The notes under the pieces were generated by a model. That model ran no database searches. It was not told where the DNA came from and saw nothing but the letters and a program-made list of their open reading frames with translations. 64,000 bases of DNA, from the IMG/VR virus record IMGVR_UViG_3300038809_000036, one strand, 5' to 3'. Positions within the stretch are counted from its first letter, which is position 1, and every line of letters begins with the position of its first letter. Positions 27,901 through 36,485 of this stretch are shown here, piece after piece. This DNA is from a virus. The translations under genes were made by a program, and so were the position numbers.

Positions 27901-30147
27901 CACTCCGACTACAATTATGCGGTCGGTGCCATTGTCCGACCGCAGTTGGTCAACTCGGTTGGCAATCAGGTTTACAGCAGCAGCGCGACCTATGCGCAGA
28001 ACGATCTCGTCTATAGCGCGGACGGCAATGGCTGCTACCGCTCGATGCACGACGGCAATGTCGGGAACCCGCTCACCGCCAACGGCACCCACTGGGTCCG
28101 TGATGAGATCGAGTTCTATCAGTGCAAGATCGCGCAGACGGCTAACCAGAACCCGGCCCCGAACCCGATGGCGGGGACCACCGATTACACCACGGCCAGC
28201 CCCGTCGCTGCGAACCGCTATTGGGATCGCGTCTTTCCGAATGAGCCCCTGATCGACCTGACCAACCGCGTCGGTGCGGTGGTTGACCACCAGTACTTCT
28301 GGGGCATGGATGTCCGAGACAACTCCAACTTGGAGTTCATGCGGGTAGACCAGGCTGGCGCAGGCCAGGGTGGCGGCTTCCGGACCATGGTCGCCATTGA
28401 GCTTTATGGCTGCCATTTTGAGAGCATGACGCCGGGCGTGCCAGCGGCTTCCGGCGGTCAGCTTGGCTCTTCTGACAGCGTCGCCCGCGCCAATGCAACA
28501 TACCTGCGGCTCAGCCACTCGCAGCGTTGCAAGCTGGTAGGCACTACAATCCGCATCGGCGGCTCTGGCTCGACGGCGATCCGTTTGGGCGGCCAGCAGC
28601 CAAATAACTCAGTCTCCGAGTTGCACATCCAGAATTGCGACATCAACGGAGAGGACCCTTATCTAATCGGCGTCTACACCGGCATCTCGGTGCAGGAGGT
28701 CACGCAAGCCATAGGCGCGATCAATTTCGCCCTGACCGACTCTTCTTCGATTGAACTGGTCGACCCGGCGCAGCGGCTGAACAGCAACGCGACTGTCGTC
28801 CCGCAGAGGTTCCCGGACGGCTCGGCGATCCGCCCGTCCTTTACCTTCCGCTCAGATCAAACCACTGGCTTCTGGCACACGCCGGGCATCAACCTCGTTC
28901 AGGCGCGCACCGCCCCTGCTGGCAATGCGACCACCGCCGTTGCCACAACGGGCTTTGTTGCGACTGCCGTAGCGACCGCGGTGTCTGGAGCTACGTCAAC
29001 GGCTCTCCAGAAAGCCAGCAACCTCTCGGACGTGGCTAACGCGGCCACGGCGCTGTCCAACATTGGGGGCGCCCCGCTCTCGAACCCGTCCTTCACGGGG
29101 AGCATCACCACACCCGGCGCGGTAGTTAGCAGTGCAGCTGACGCCATTGTGCAGATCGAGAGCACGGCAGCGCCGACCACCAGTTACCGCCGCAAGCTAA
29201 TCTACTCCACCAACAACATTGCCGGCGGAGGCAATGACTGGCTGTTCCGCGCCATCAGGCCGTCCGATGGTGCGACGCAAAACTGGTATCTCGCCAACGG
29301 CACCTCCGGCACGATCTGGACAAGCGGCAACTTCACGCCGGCAAGCTATGCGACCCTTGCTGGCAACCCGACCTTCACGGCTGGCATAACTGTTACTGGC
29401 TCGCTGCGGGCAATCGTGCCAGCTAGTTCCGTGAACTTCGCGGACATACAGGGCGGCGCGACCGGCAGCGGCGTGCAGATGTTCGCCAACGGCTCCGATG
29501 CCAACGTCCCGTTGCTCATCAGCAGCAAAGGGGCTGCGGACGTGCAGGTCCGGAACAGCTACGGCGGCAAGATCCTGGCTCGCTTTGCGGACATCGCCAA
29601 CTCCGTCAACTACTGGGCGTTCTACCCGTCCGCGACTGGAACTGCGCTTATTGTCCAGCCCGAGGGCGTGGACACCAACGTCGACCTCAACATCCGGGGC
29701 AAGGGCACCGGCGTCGTCCGCACCACCACGCCGGCCATTTCGGACAACTCGACGGCCGTGGCGACTACGGCGCACGTGCAGGCGGTCTCTGGAACAGCGG
29801 CCTGGTCGTCTGCAACAGTCGGCGTTTCGGCCGGCTCCGGCGCCTACACCACTGCGTCGGGCGCGGCTCGCTATCGCGCGGTCGGCAAGACGCTGGACCT
29901 GTCGATCACCGCAACCATCACCACAGTCGGCACCGGCGCCAGCGTGACGTATGTGGCGCTGCCAGCCGGCTTCACCAGCGCTGCATACCGTCAGGTTCTC
30001 ACCGGCATCTCCAATAGCAACGTCGCCCTGATGGGCGTCGTCGAGGCGGGCGCAACGTCGATGACCATCATCCAGTATGACGGGACGGCTTTCGCGGCCG
30101 CCAGCGGCACGACGCTCGTCGTCAACGGCACGCTCCAAACCGCCTGA
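24988..30147 (+). CDS. Tail fiber/spike 2
   Basis: 1719 aa; three ~140-aa shaft repeats; central domain paralogous to spike 1. Confidence 0.82.
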   Translation: MSSAASIEVINGPLQPIVQVVPTASDKAVEITELPRQPILEVVPADAGRVIEIIIPVLAQGGADGLLDQVLAALAAEGKNALGLGNVDNTADINKPVSTAQAAADAAVKSAAATDASTKANAAQANAIAALNSAISSLKGGASTSGDTLGKLEALVAAAQQLASSNATTLSNIMAGANANVDTFIEVYNRFVTDESAAAALNTQIAGKQDANGLADGLKVTVAGAATALPTAISNAAQRAANLSDLASAATARTNLGLGSLATQAASGVAITGGAIDGTPIGATTPAAATFTNITVSGTISGSIASANKLTTPRTLSLTGDATGSMSFDGSANASAPVTLANSGVSAGSYGSGTAVPVLSVDAKGRVTAASMAAISFPVTSVAGRTGAVAIASADITDAASINTASTVVRRDASGNFSAGTITASLSGNATSATTAGSATTATTATKAGALSTARILSLTGDATGSMSFDGSANVSAALTLASTTVVAGSYGSATAVGTFTVDAKGRLTAAGSTAIAFPVTTVAGRTGSVTIASADVTDATSANTASTIVERDASGGFSAGTITASLSGNASSATTATNATNATKLATARTLSYTGDATGSLSFDGSTNASAALTLANTAVTAGAYGSSTSVGTFTVDSKGRLTAAASTAIAFPVSSVAGRTGAVTLTSTDVGLGSVSNTSDAAKALPNNPVGAAIANRWIVFSSRAAMIAGNVGTATHVYCLRYYPTGPIANIVYEVLSAAPTGRDAITSPAQVAQQVAGTDGNGAVVTRYIRLAVNCPTPEMFGAYGDAPPMANTLTDNTYTTAKAAEHDDTAALQAHINYLNDGDTWVSGGQGRHYAVSSTLNFQKFRCAIDFGTLVPFGSFSDYLISLSASSRGGDPTMPNVALTMEAQRLRICGRWQSRGAKFSNLYMSTVNGFFATHCFGTALAMDDSYESTWIKPVFALNKNRVSVDVSGCVGADGSGNLNGFWHSDYNYAVGAIVRPQLVNSVGNQVYSSSATYAQNDLVYSADGNGCYRSMHDGNVGNPLTANGTHWVRDEIEFYQCKIAQTANQNPAPNPMAGTTDYTTASPVAANRYWDRVFPNEPLIDLTNRVGAVVDHQYFWGMDVRDNSNLEFMRVDQAGAGQGGGFRTMVAIELYGCHFESMTPGVPAASGGQLGSSDSVARANATYLRLSHSQRCKLVGTTIRIGGSGSTAIRLGGQQPNNSVSELHIQNCDINGEDPYLIGVYTGISVQEVTQAIGAINFALTDSSSIELVDPAQRLNSNATVVPQRFPDGSAIRPSFTFRSDQTTGFWHTPGINLVQARTAPAGNATTAVATTGFVATAVATAVSGATSTALQKASNLSDVANAATALSNIGGAPLSNPSFTGSITTPGAVVSSAADAIVQIESTAAPTTSYRRKLIYSTNNIAGGGNDWLFRAIRPSDGATQNWYLANGTSGTIWTSGNFTPASYATLAGNPTFTAGITVTGSLRAIVPASSVNFADIQGGATGSGVQMFANGSDANVPLLISSKGAADVQVRNSYGGKILARFADIANSVNYWAFYPSATGTALIVQPEGVDTNVDLNIRGKGTGVVRTTTPAISDNSTAVATTAHVQAVSGTAAWSSATVGVSAGSGAYTTASGAARYRAVGKTLDLSITATITTVGTGASVTYVALPAGFTSAAYRQVLTGISNSNVALMGVVEAGATSMTIIQYDGTAFAAASGTTLVVNGTLQTA
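25912..27030 (+). repeat. Three tandem ~400-bp fiber repeats
   Basis: RTLSLTGDATGSMSFDGSAN...GSYGS...VDAKGR.TAA...FPVxxVAGRTG units starting near 25912, 26335 and 26740. Confidence 0.85.
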
Positions 30148-30179
30148 TTCCAGGCCACCCCTGACATCGTGAGGACGAC

Positions 30180-31001
30180 ATGACCGCTGCCCTCGACCGG
30201 GCGACGTTCTTCGCGGCTGCGCGCTTGAACCCTTTCCCTGGCTCGCTCTCCGCCAGCCAGGTGAGCGGCATGGAGGCGATCCTCGATGCCTGCCCGCTTG
30301 ATACGCCCCTCGAGCACCTGGCCTACGATCTCGGCACCTGCCCGATCGAGACAGCCTGGACGATGCTGCCGATCAAGGAGAAGGGCGGCACGGCCTACCT
30401 CGCCAAGATGTACGACATACGCGGCGATCGGCCGGCCAAAGCACGCGAGCTCGGCAACGTGAACCCTGGCGATGGCGTGGCCTTCAGTGGCCGGGGCTAT
30501 GTTCAGCTCACCGGCCGGGCGAACTATCGCAAGGCGACCCAGCGCCTGCGCGCACTCGGCCTCATCGGCGCTGATCAGGACCTGGAGACCAACCCCGACC
30601 TGGCGATGCATCCCGACGTGGCGGCCGCCATTCTGTTCGTTGGCACGCGCGAGGGCTGGTTCACGGGCAAGAAGCTGTCTGACTATCTTGGCGCCGGCAG
30701 GATCGACTGGATCGGCGCGCGCCGCATCATCAACGGCCAAGACAGGGCGGCCGAGATCGCGCTTCACGCGCAGGCCTTCGCCGCAGCGCTGAAGAGGGCC
30801 GGCTACGTGCCCGGCGCCGTCGTGACGAAGATCCCAACGCGGCCGATTGAAGTGACGCCCCTACCACCGCCCGTGTTCGCGCCGGCGCCGCGCAATAGCG
30901 GGTCGCCCGTGCCACCGCCTCCGCCCGACCGGCTCGGCCCCACCGTCCAGACCGGCAGCTTCTGGGCCGGCCTGAAATCCCTCTTCAAGAAGGCATCGTG
31001 A
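30180..31001 (+). CDS. Endolysin, glycoside hydrolase family 19
   Basis: IET, GDG..F.GRGYVQLTGRANY motifs; Pro-rich tail. Confidence 0.88.
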   Translation: MTAALDRATFFAAARLNPFPGSLSASQVSGMEAILDACPLDTPLEHLAYDLGTCPIETAWTMLPIKEKGGTAYLAKMYDIRGDRPAKARELGNVNPGDGVAFSGRGYVQLTGRANYRKATQRLRALGLIGADQDLETNPDLAMHPDVAAAILFVGTREGWFTGKKLSDYLGAGRIDWIGARRIINGQDRAAEIALHAQAFAAALKRAGYVPGAVVTKIPTRPIEVTPLPPPVFAPAPRNSGSPVPPPPPDRLGPTVQTGSFWAGLKSLFKKAS

Positions 31002-31543
31002 TCATGGACGGATGGGCATCAATAGCGGGGCAGCTCGCGCAGATCGGTCTCCCGGCGCTGGGTAGCCTATTCGGCGGGCCGCTAGGCGGCACCATCGGCG
31101 GCCTCGTCGGCAAGGGCGTGGCGGCGGCGCTCGGCGTCGAGCCCACGCCGCAGGCCGTGGCCACCGCCATTGCAGCGGACCCGAACGCCGCGGCCGTGAA
31201 GCTGGCAGCGATCGAGGCGGACACCAAGCGGCAGGAAGCCGAACTGGCCGACATGGCGAATGCCCGGGCGATGCAGCTCGGCCTCGTGCAGAGCCATTCG
31301 TGGGTGCAGAACATGCCCGCGATCGTGACCCTGCTCATCTTCACGGCTTGGATCACGCTGACGATCGCGCTCTACTTCGTGCAGGCCGAGATCCCCGAGC
31401 GGGTCTACCAGCTTCTGAGCCAGGCCTACGGCGCCGCGAACCTCGCGCTCGGCACGGCGATCGCGTTCTGGCTCGGGTCGTCCCGGTCCTCGCAGATCAA
31501 AGACAACCAGATCACGGCCCTACTGCCAGCAACGCGGCGCTGA
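30998..31543 (+). CDS. Holin-like membrane protein
   Basis: Gly-rich N-terminus, two TM helices, FWLGSSRSS motif. Confidence 0.72.
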   Translation: MIMDGWASIAGQLAQIGLPALGSLFGGPLGGTIGGLVGKGVAAALGVEPTPQAVATAIAADPNAAAVKLAAIEADTKRQEAELADMANARAMQLGLVQSHSWVQNMPAIVTLLIFTAWITLTIALYFVQAEIPERVYQLLSQAYGAANLALGTAIAFWLGSSRSSQIKDNQITALLPATRR

Positions 31544-31546
31544 TCC

Positions 31547-31951
31547 ATGACGCCACTCGATTGGGCCAATCTGCTCAAAGACTACGGCGGGTGGGGCCTC
31601 TCCGCGATCCTGATGGGGGTGATCGTCTACCTGGATCGCGACCGGCAGGCCTCCCGCACGTCGCAGATCGCGCTCGTCAAGGAGTTGGTCACGGCCATGG
31701 CCGCGTCCACGAACGCGATGACGCGATTTCAGGAGGCGCTCGAGGCTCTACGGGTGATGCTCGATGCCCGAGGTCAAACGGTCGGCGACCTCTCTCACCG
31801 GATCGATATCGTGGTGGAGAAAATCCAGCACGGTCTCGGCAATCTGGGCGGCTCAATGCAGGCCATCGCCAACTGGATCGAGAAGGAAAGAGATCGGGAC
31901 CGCAACCGCGCCAGAGAGCGTGAAGAAGATCGCGAACGGGGGCGCCCCTGA
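31547..31951 (+). CDS. Lysis-region membrane-anchored protein
   Basis: One N-terminal TM helix plus coiled coil. Confidence 0.6.
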   Translation: MTPLDWANLLKDYGGWGLSAILMGVIVYLDRDRQASRTSQIALVKELVTAMAASTNAMTRFQEALEALRVMLDARGQTVGDLSHRIDIVVEKIQHGLGNLGGSMQAIANWIEKERDRDRNRAREREEDRERGRP

Positions 31952-32259
31952 TGTGGAGGCGTATCGTGTCCCTATTCAATCGCAGGCCGGATCCGGCCCA
32001 GACCGAGGCCGTCGACGCGATGTTTGCGGCGAATTTGTCCGCGCACGAGCGTGCCGGGCAGGCAGCTGATCACGTCGCTCGCTCATCTGACCGCACGCGC
32101 AACCACCTCGAACGCCTACGCCAAGAGATCGCTGAGCGCACCGACCAGGATAGCCGGGCTCGCCCCTCGCCGCCGACCAGTGATGTGCGGCGGCTTGTCA
32201 ATGACGTCCTGACCAATCCCGGCCTTCGCGGCCTGCCGCACACCAGGGACAGATCGTGA
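31951..32259 (+). CDS. Hypothetical protein
   Basis: TGATG-coupled, 102 aa. Confidence 0.55.
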   Translation: MWRRIVSLFNRRPDPAQTEAVDAMFAANLSAHERAGQAADHVARSSDRTRNHLERLRQEIAERTDQDSRARPSPPTSDVRRLVNDVLTNPGLRGLPHTRDRS

Positions 32260-32837
32260 TTTACAACGACGACAGCCCCAAGCGCATCCGCGGGACCATC
32301 TACCTCTCAGCCCTTCTTCTCCTCGCCGGCTACCAGACCATCAATGCCTTCGTGCCCAACGCCGATCTGATCTTGGCGACCCGCACCCTAGCCGTTGGCT
32401 TCTACACGACGGTCTTGTACGTCTACGGGCCCGACGCATGGCGGGCACTCACTGCGCCGTGGCCGAAGCGATCCGACTTCCTGATCGTCGGCATCTGGGT
32501 GAGCTTCGCCTCGCACGACGCTCAGACCCTCTACTCGATCCTCTATCGGCTCGCGCCATCGGAATGGCTGCTAAATTCTGAGGTGGTGTCGCCGATCGTG
32601 CTCTTGGCGGTCATTGGAGCGATCCTGCACATCAGCGCCCCCGGGGCGGTAGACGGCACCGTGCCACGACGAAATCGGATGGCACTCGGCGTTGGCATCG
32701 GCGCTGCTACTATCATGGTCGCGGTGCTGCTGGTCACGCGGCCGGACATCGGACCGCTACTCGAGCGGACGCGCCCCTGGATCGGAGATTGGTGGTCGAC
32801 TGGGGCACTGATCCTATCAGGCCGCGGACACGCCTGA
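32256..32837 (+). CDS. Multi-pass membrane protein
   Basis: About five hydrophobic segments. Confidence 0.65.
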   Translation: MIYNDDSPKRIRGTIYLSALLLLAGYQTINAFVPNADLILATRTLAVGFYTTVLYVYGPDAWRALTAPWPKRSDFLIVGIWVSFASHDAQTLYSILYRLAPSEWLLNSEVVSPIVLLAVIGAILHISAPGAVDGTVPRRNRMALGVGIGAATIMVAVLLVTRPDIGPLLERTRPWIGDWWSTGALILSGRGHA

Positions 32838-32861
32838 TCCTTCAGCCCCTGCTCCACCTTC

Positions 32862-32899
32862 AGCCCCGCCGGCAGCCGCCGCGCGGGGCTTTTTCGTTT
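32862..32899 (+). terminator. Rho-independent terminator ending the late operon
   Basis: AGCCCCGC...GCGGGGCT stem followed by TTTTCGTTT. Confidence 0.75.
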
Positions 32900-32921
32900 C
32901 AGCGATCTCGATCCGGTCAGA

Positions 32922-33116
32922 CTATAGAAGCCAGTACGGCCGCCTGGGTGCGGCGTCAGTCGGGGGATTGGGTGCCTGCGTGATTTTGGGCAGCAGCCGA
33001 TCCGTTTGGTTGAATGGCGTTACACTGGGTAGTTGTGCCAGTTCGCGAGCCGCATTCAAAAGCTCCGCCGTGCTCGACGGCTTGGTGGCCGCCCGCGTTT
33101 TTTCGGATCCAGTCAT
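32922..33116 (-). CDS. 64-aa hypothetical protein (moron)
   Basis: GGAGG RBS 5 nt before ATG; lower GC. Confidence 0.5.
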   Translation of the reverse strand: MTGSEKTRAATKPSSTAELLNAARELAQLPSVTPFNQTDRLLPKITQAPNPPTDAAPRRPYWLL

Positions 33117-33262
33117 CGTTTCCTCCGAGGGCAGAATACCTCTGCCAAATCACGGTGAAAAGCGGCGCGCCTTTCATTCTCGGGCTTTCCGGATTTGAGT
33201 GTTGAAACTGCCATCGGCTGTGCCAAAGTCAATCAGGATTTCGGTGTGGATTGGACGTCAGC

Positions 33263-33709
33263 ATGAACCGGTATCAGTATCGCGAAATCGGCGAAGGCGA
33301 GGACTGGCGGGATTGTTCGGAGGAGGCCTACGAGGCTTACGGGCGCGATCCCGTCATGGATACGCGCATCGCTTCCGAAGCTATTGATTACATGCGTCGC
33401 TGTGACATCCAACGGATGACCGACACGGAGCGGCTCATTGCAAACGCAATGGCGGCTGTCGAGAAAATGCCGGGCGACGTGCGCCTTACCGATGCCGTCA
33501 GTCTGCTGTTCGCCGCTCGGACTCGCCTCGCTGATTATGTGGATCAGACGCCGGGGAACCGAGCCTTCCCTTCGCAAGAGCACACCCCGCGCGAGATCGT
33601 AGAGTGCCTTGGGTTCTTCGCGTCGTGTATCCGGTCGGGCGAAAGCTGGACAACAACCTGTGATGACATGCTCGCGAAAGCGCAAGCCGCGATGAAGCCT
33701 TTCGGCTGA
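33263..33709 (+). CDS. Hypothetical protein (moron)
   Basis: MNRYQYREIGEGEDWRDC..., 148 aa, lower GC. Confidence 0.6.
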   Translation: MNRYQYREIGEGEDWRDCSEEAYEAYGRDPVMDTRIASEAIDYMRRCDIQRMTDTERLIANAMAAVEKMPGDVRLTDAVSLLFAARTRLADYVDQTPGNRAFPSQEHTPREIVECLGFFASCIRSGESWTTTCDDMLAKAQAAMKPFG

Positions 33710-34066
33710 TAACGATATCCCGGTGCAAGTCGCAAAGCCATTGAAGCCGAGGGCAAAGGCCACGCTCGAAGCTGAGGCCGAACAGGAGGCGCGCGCTCCT
33801 CGACCAGCCCCTGCTCCTGTAGCACCCGCATCGTTTTGCGATGAGCCTCGTGACGCATGCCTTTGCGGTGATGCCCGCACGCGCGGAGGGCCATGATCTG
33901 TGTCAGGGGAGGACGCTTAGAGGGCATGGCGGCCGTGTAGCGCGGCTGACCGAGAGCGTCGATCCGCCCATGACTAGCCCACGAATTGAGATGCACTGTG
34001 AAGGACAATACGTGGGCGATCCGCACGCCAACCCCATAAATCTCAGCGACTTAGAAAGGCCGCACG

Positions 34067-34114
34067 ACGTTCGGGACGTGGGGGTCGCAGGTTCAAATCC
34101 TGCCACTCCGACCA
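34067..34114 (+). mobile_element. attP core: 3' half of tRNA-Pro(CGG)
   Basis: ACG-TTCGGGA-CGTGG anticodon arm, GGTTCAAATCC T-arm, ends CCGACCA; 5' half/D-arm absent; 85 bp from the integrase stop. Confidence 0.88.
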
Positions 34115-34199
34115 AATTTCCCGAGTAGTTACAAGCCTCTACGCGGGGCAGGGGGTGGTGGCCAAATTGGCCCGCCCACGGAATGGCCCAGGAAAAGGG

Positions 34200-35420
34200 T
34201 CACTTCCGCCGACCGCTGAAAGCCTGGGCCGCGCCAGCCTGGTGATCCGGCGAGTGGTGCGCATAGACGTTCTCAATCGTCTCCAGCGTCATCCCGAGCA
34301 TGCCAGCGGCCTCCCACGGCTCGACGCCCGCCTGCATCATCCAGGTCGCCGCGGTGTGGCGCATCGTGTGCGGCACCACCTTCGCGTCGAGCCCAGCGTC
34401 AGCGAGGCATCCCTCCCACCCGGTCCGGATCGGCGTCGAGAGCGAATCGCCTGTCGTGGTGTGGATCACGTGCAAGACACCGCCGTCCTCGCGGTCGATC
34501 GCGGCCCAGCGGCGGAGGTGCGGCATCAGCCGGTCGGCGACCTTCGCCGGCGGCCGGCGCTTCTTCGTCTCCCGCTCCCCCTCGCCGCGACGGTAGATCC
34601 GGCCGCGATCTAGGTCGAACCAGCCGCCGGTTGTGTTCGGGTGCCACTGCAGAAGCTGGATCGCTTCATGCCGGGTGCCTGTGTAGATGCCGATCAGGAT
34701 GAAGCGCCGGATGTGCCGGCGGCGCGTGCGGGTGACCTTATCGCGCAGCTTCAGCCGGCCGTCCGGGTGCTTCGCCCAGGATTTGGCCCAGGGATCCCAG
34801 ATCAGGCCCATCGACGCGCCGAGCAGCCGGGCGGCTTCGGACCGGGTGAGCCAGCGCTCCCGCGCCTGAGCTTTCTCCGGCAGGGTCACCTTCGGCACCG
34901 CCGTCAGCGTGTGCTCGCCATGGTAGAGGTTGATCGCGGCCCGGAGAACCTCGAGGTCGCGGCGCGCGGTGGCAGTCGTGACCCGCTTCTTCAGGGCAGG
35001 GCCGGATTTGGCGGCCTTCAGGCCCTGACTGGTGCGCCACTCGACGTAGTCGCGGCAGGTCTGGCCCTTAATCTCCGAGACGCGCCTCTCGCCCCAGAAC
35101 TCCAGCAGCTTCGCGATGTAGGCGAGCATCTCATCGTAGCGCGACAGGGTCCGCGCATCGACGGGCTCCTGGGGCTTCTTGGCCTGGGCGTAGAAGGTCA
35201 GGACGTCCGTGACGTCGAGTTGATGGGGAGCACTCGCGCCGACCGTCGAGACGTGTTGTTGCCCGATGAAGGCCGCAAGGAAGCGCGCAGCGCCGCTATG
35301 GTCATCAGGCCCGCATTCCGTGCTGATTTCCTTGCCTCGGTAGAGGACGACCCAGACAGGATCGCGGCCGGCGCGCTCTCGGAGCCAGAGTCGGGGCGGC
35401 TTGGTTTTGCGGCCCGGCAT
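34200..35420 (-). CDS. int: Tyrosine integrase
   Basis: TGTRHEA (R), K, HTMRHTAATW (HxxR), YAH (Y). Confidence 0.93.
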   Translation of the reverse strand: MPGRKTKPPRLWLRERAGRDPVWVVLYRGKEISTECGPDDHSGAARFLAAFIGQQHVSTVGASAPHQLDVTDVLTFYAQAKKPQEPVDARTLSRYDEMLAYIAKLLEFWGERRVSEIKGQTCRDYVEWRTSQGLKAAKSGPALKKRVTTATARRDLEVLRAAINLYHGEHTLTAVPKVTLPEKAQARERWLTRSEAARLLGASMGLIWDPWAKSWAKHPDGRLKLRDKVTRTRRRHIRRFILIGIYTGTRHEAIQLLQWHPNTTGGWFDLDRGRIYRRGEGERETKKRRPPAKVADRLMPHLRRWAAIDREDGGVLHVIHTTTGDSLSTPIRTGWEGCLADAGLDAKVVPHTMRHTAATWMMQAGVEPWEAAGMLGMTLETIENVYAHHSPDHQAGAAQAFSGRRK

Positions 35421-35641
35421 GGTTTCGTCATCTCCTTGATCGCCCGAGGCGTGGTCAGGATCTTCCCGGCCACGCGCTTCGTGTCTAGCTCTCCGTTCCG
35501 AATCGCCGTCCGGAGCGAGGCCAGCGTAAGCGGGCCGTTCGGAAAAAATACAGCGGCCGCCTCGGCGAGCGTCATTGGCTCGTCAGGGTCCCATAGCTCA
35601 GGCAATGGCCGCTGAGAGATACGCACGCAGCTACGCGGCAC
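35198..35641 (-). CDS. Excisionase-like HTH protein overlapping the 5' end of int
   Basis: MTLAEAA...SLRTAIRNGEL..KRVAGKILTTPRAI pattern. Confidence 0.65.
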   Translation of the reverse strand: MPRSCVRISQRPLPELWDPDEPMTLAEAAAVFFPNGPLTLASLRTAIRNGELDTKRVAGKILTTPRAIKEMTKPCRAAKPSRPDSGSESAPAAILSGSSSTEARKSARNAGLMTIAALRASLRPSSGNNTSRRSARVLPINSTSRTS

Positions 35642-36485
35642 TGCCCCCTCCCTGCTCCTTCAGCCCCGCGTCCGGCAGCGGCAGCAATCGGATCGCGAAC
35701 CAGGCATCCCGAGCACCGTTGTCGTGCCACGCGGCCTGATCTGGCGTCGGCTTCTGATCCGGCCCCCAGCAGGGCGGATGCTTCCAGCCCTTCGGGTAAT
35801 CACCGGGCCACATAGACGGCGGCCCGTAGGAAGCGCTGATCGCCGCCTTGAGGCACATCTCACGCGCTGTGGCCGCTCCGCGCTCCTCGGCCGCCTTAAC
35901 GTCCGGCCACTCCTGCGGGTCGGCGGTGATCGCACGAAGCGTCGCCAGGACCGCGTCGTGCGCCTTGCTCACCCGCTCATAGGCCTCGTCGAGGCGGCCC
36001 TGCGCTTCCTCTGGCACATCGTCGTCCTCGTGGATGGTAAGATCGGCCATAGCGATGCTGAGCGCCTGAACGCATTCGGCTACATCCCCACGGCGGCGCT
36101 CCCGTTCTGTCGGAGTCGACGGCCCCCAGCCGCGCCGCATTCGGTCGAGTTCCTGCCGCTCGGTGTGCGAGGCCGGGTCCCACATGCGGATTAGTTCGGA
36201 GACGCGGGCGTTCGCTTGGCTGACCTGCTGCCGAAGCTCCTGCACGAACCGCAGGGGCACGCCAGGCTTGTCGACGCATCCGAGCTCGCGGCAGATATCA
36301 GCGCGCTCGGCCTGCGCCTCTGCGGTCGCGGCAACGACGGGCGCTCGACAAGTTGCTGCCACGCGCCGCCAGATCGCCTTCACCTCCGGCGACAGGCTGT
36401 CCCACGGGTCGAAGTCGCGGGGGCGGGCGTCGGCGAAGCGGGCTTCGTAGGCCGTGCGGCCCGGGTCGATCGCGGGTGACGTCAC
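35631..36485 (-). CDS. Hypothetical early protein
   Basis: GTG start coupled to the upstream stop. Confidence 0.6.
   Translation of the reverse strand: MTSPAIDPGRTAYEARFADARPRDFDPWDSLSPEVKAIWRRVAATCRAPVVAATAEAQAERADICRELGCVDKPGVPLRFVQELRQQVSQANARVSELIRMWDPASHTERQELDRMRRGWGPSTPTERERRRGDVAECVQALSIAMADLTIHEDDDVPEEAQGRLDEAYERVSKAHDAVLATLRAITADPQEWPDVKAAEERGAATAREMCLKAAISASYGPPSMWPGDYPKGWKHPPCWGPDQKPTPDQAAWHDNGARDAWFAIRLLPLPDAGLKEQGGGSAA

Noticed and set aside
22717-28880. Diversity-generating retroelement (TR/VR) between the two spike genes
   Set aside because: No reverse transcriptase in the genome, and differences between the copies are not confined to adenines.
31764-32069. Overlapping ORF as an embedded o-spanin
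   Set aside because: No hydrophobic signal core or valid lipobox (AAQC does not fit).
34030-34114. Complete tRNA-Pro gene
   Set aside because: Acceptor 5' strand and D-arm are missing and the anticodon stem pairs for only 3 bp on the 5' side; interpreted as attP.
13196-35840. CtrA boxes (TTAA-N7-TTAA)
   Set aside because: Only isolated TTAA tetramers inside or at the ends of genes were seen by eye; no full site.
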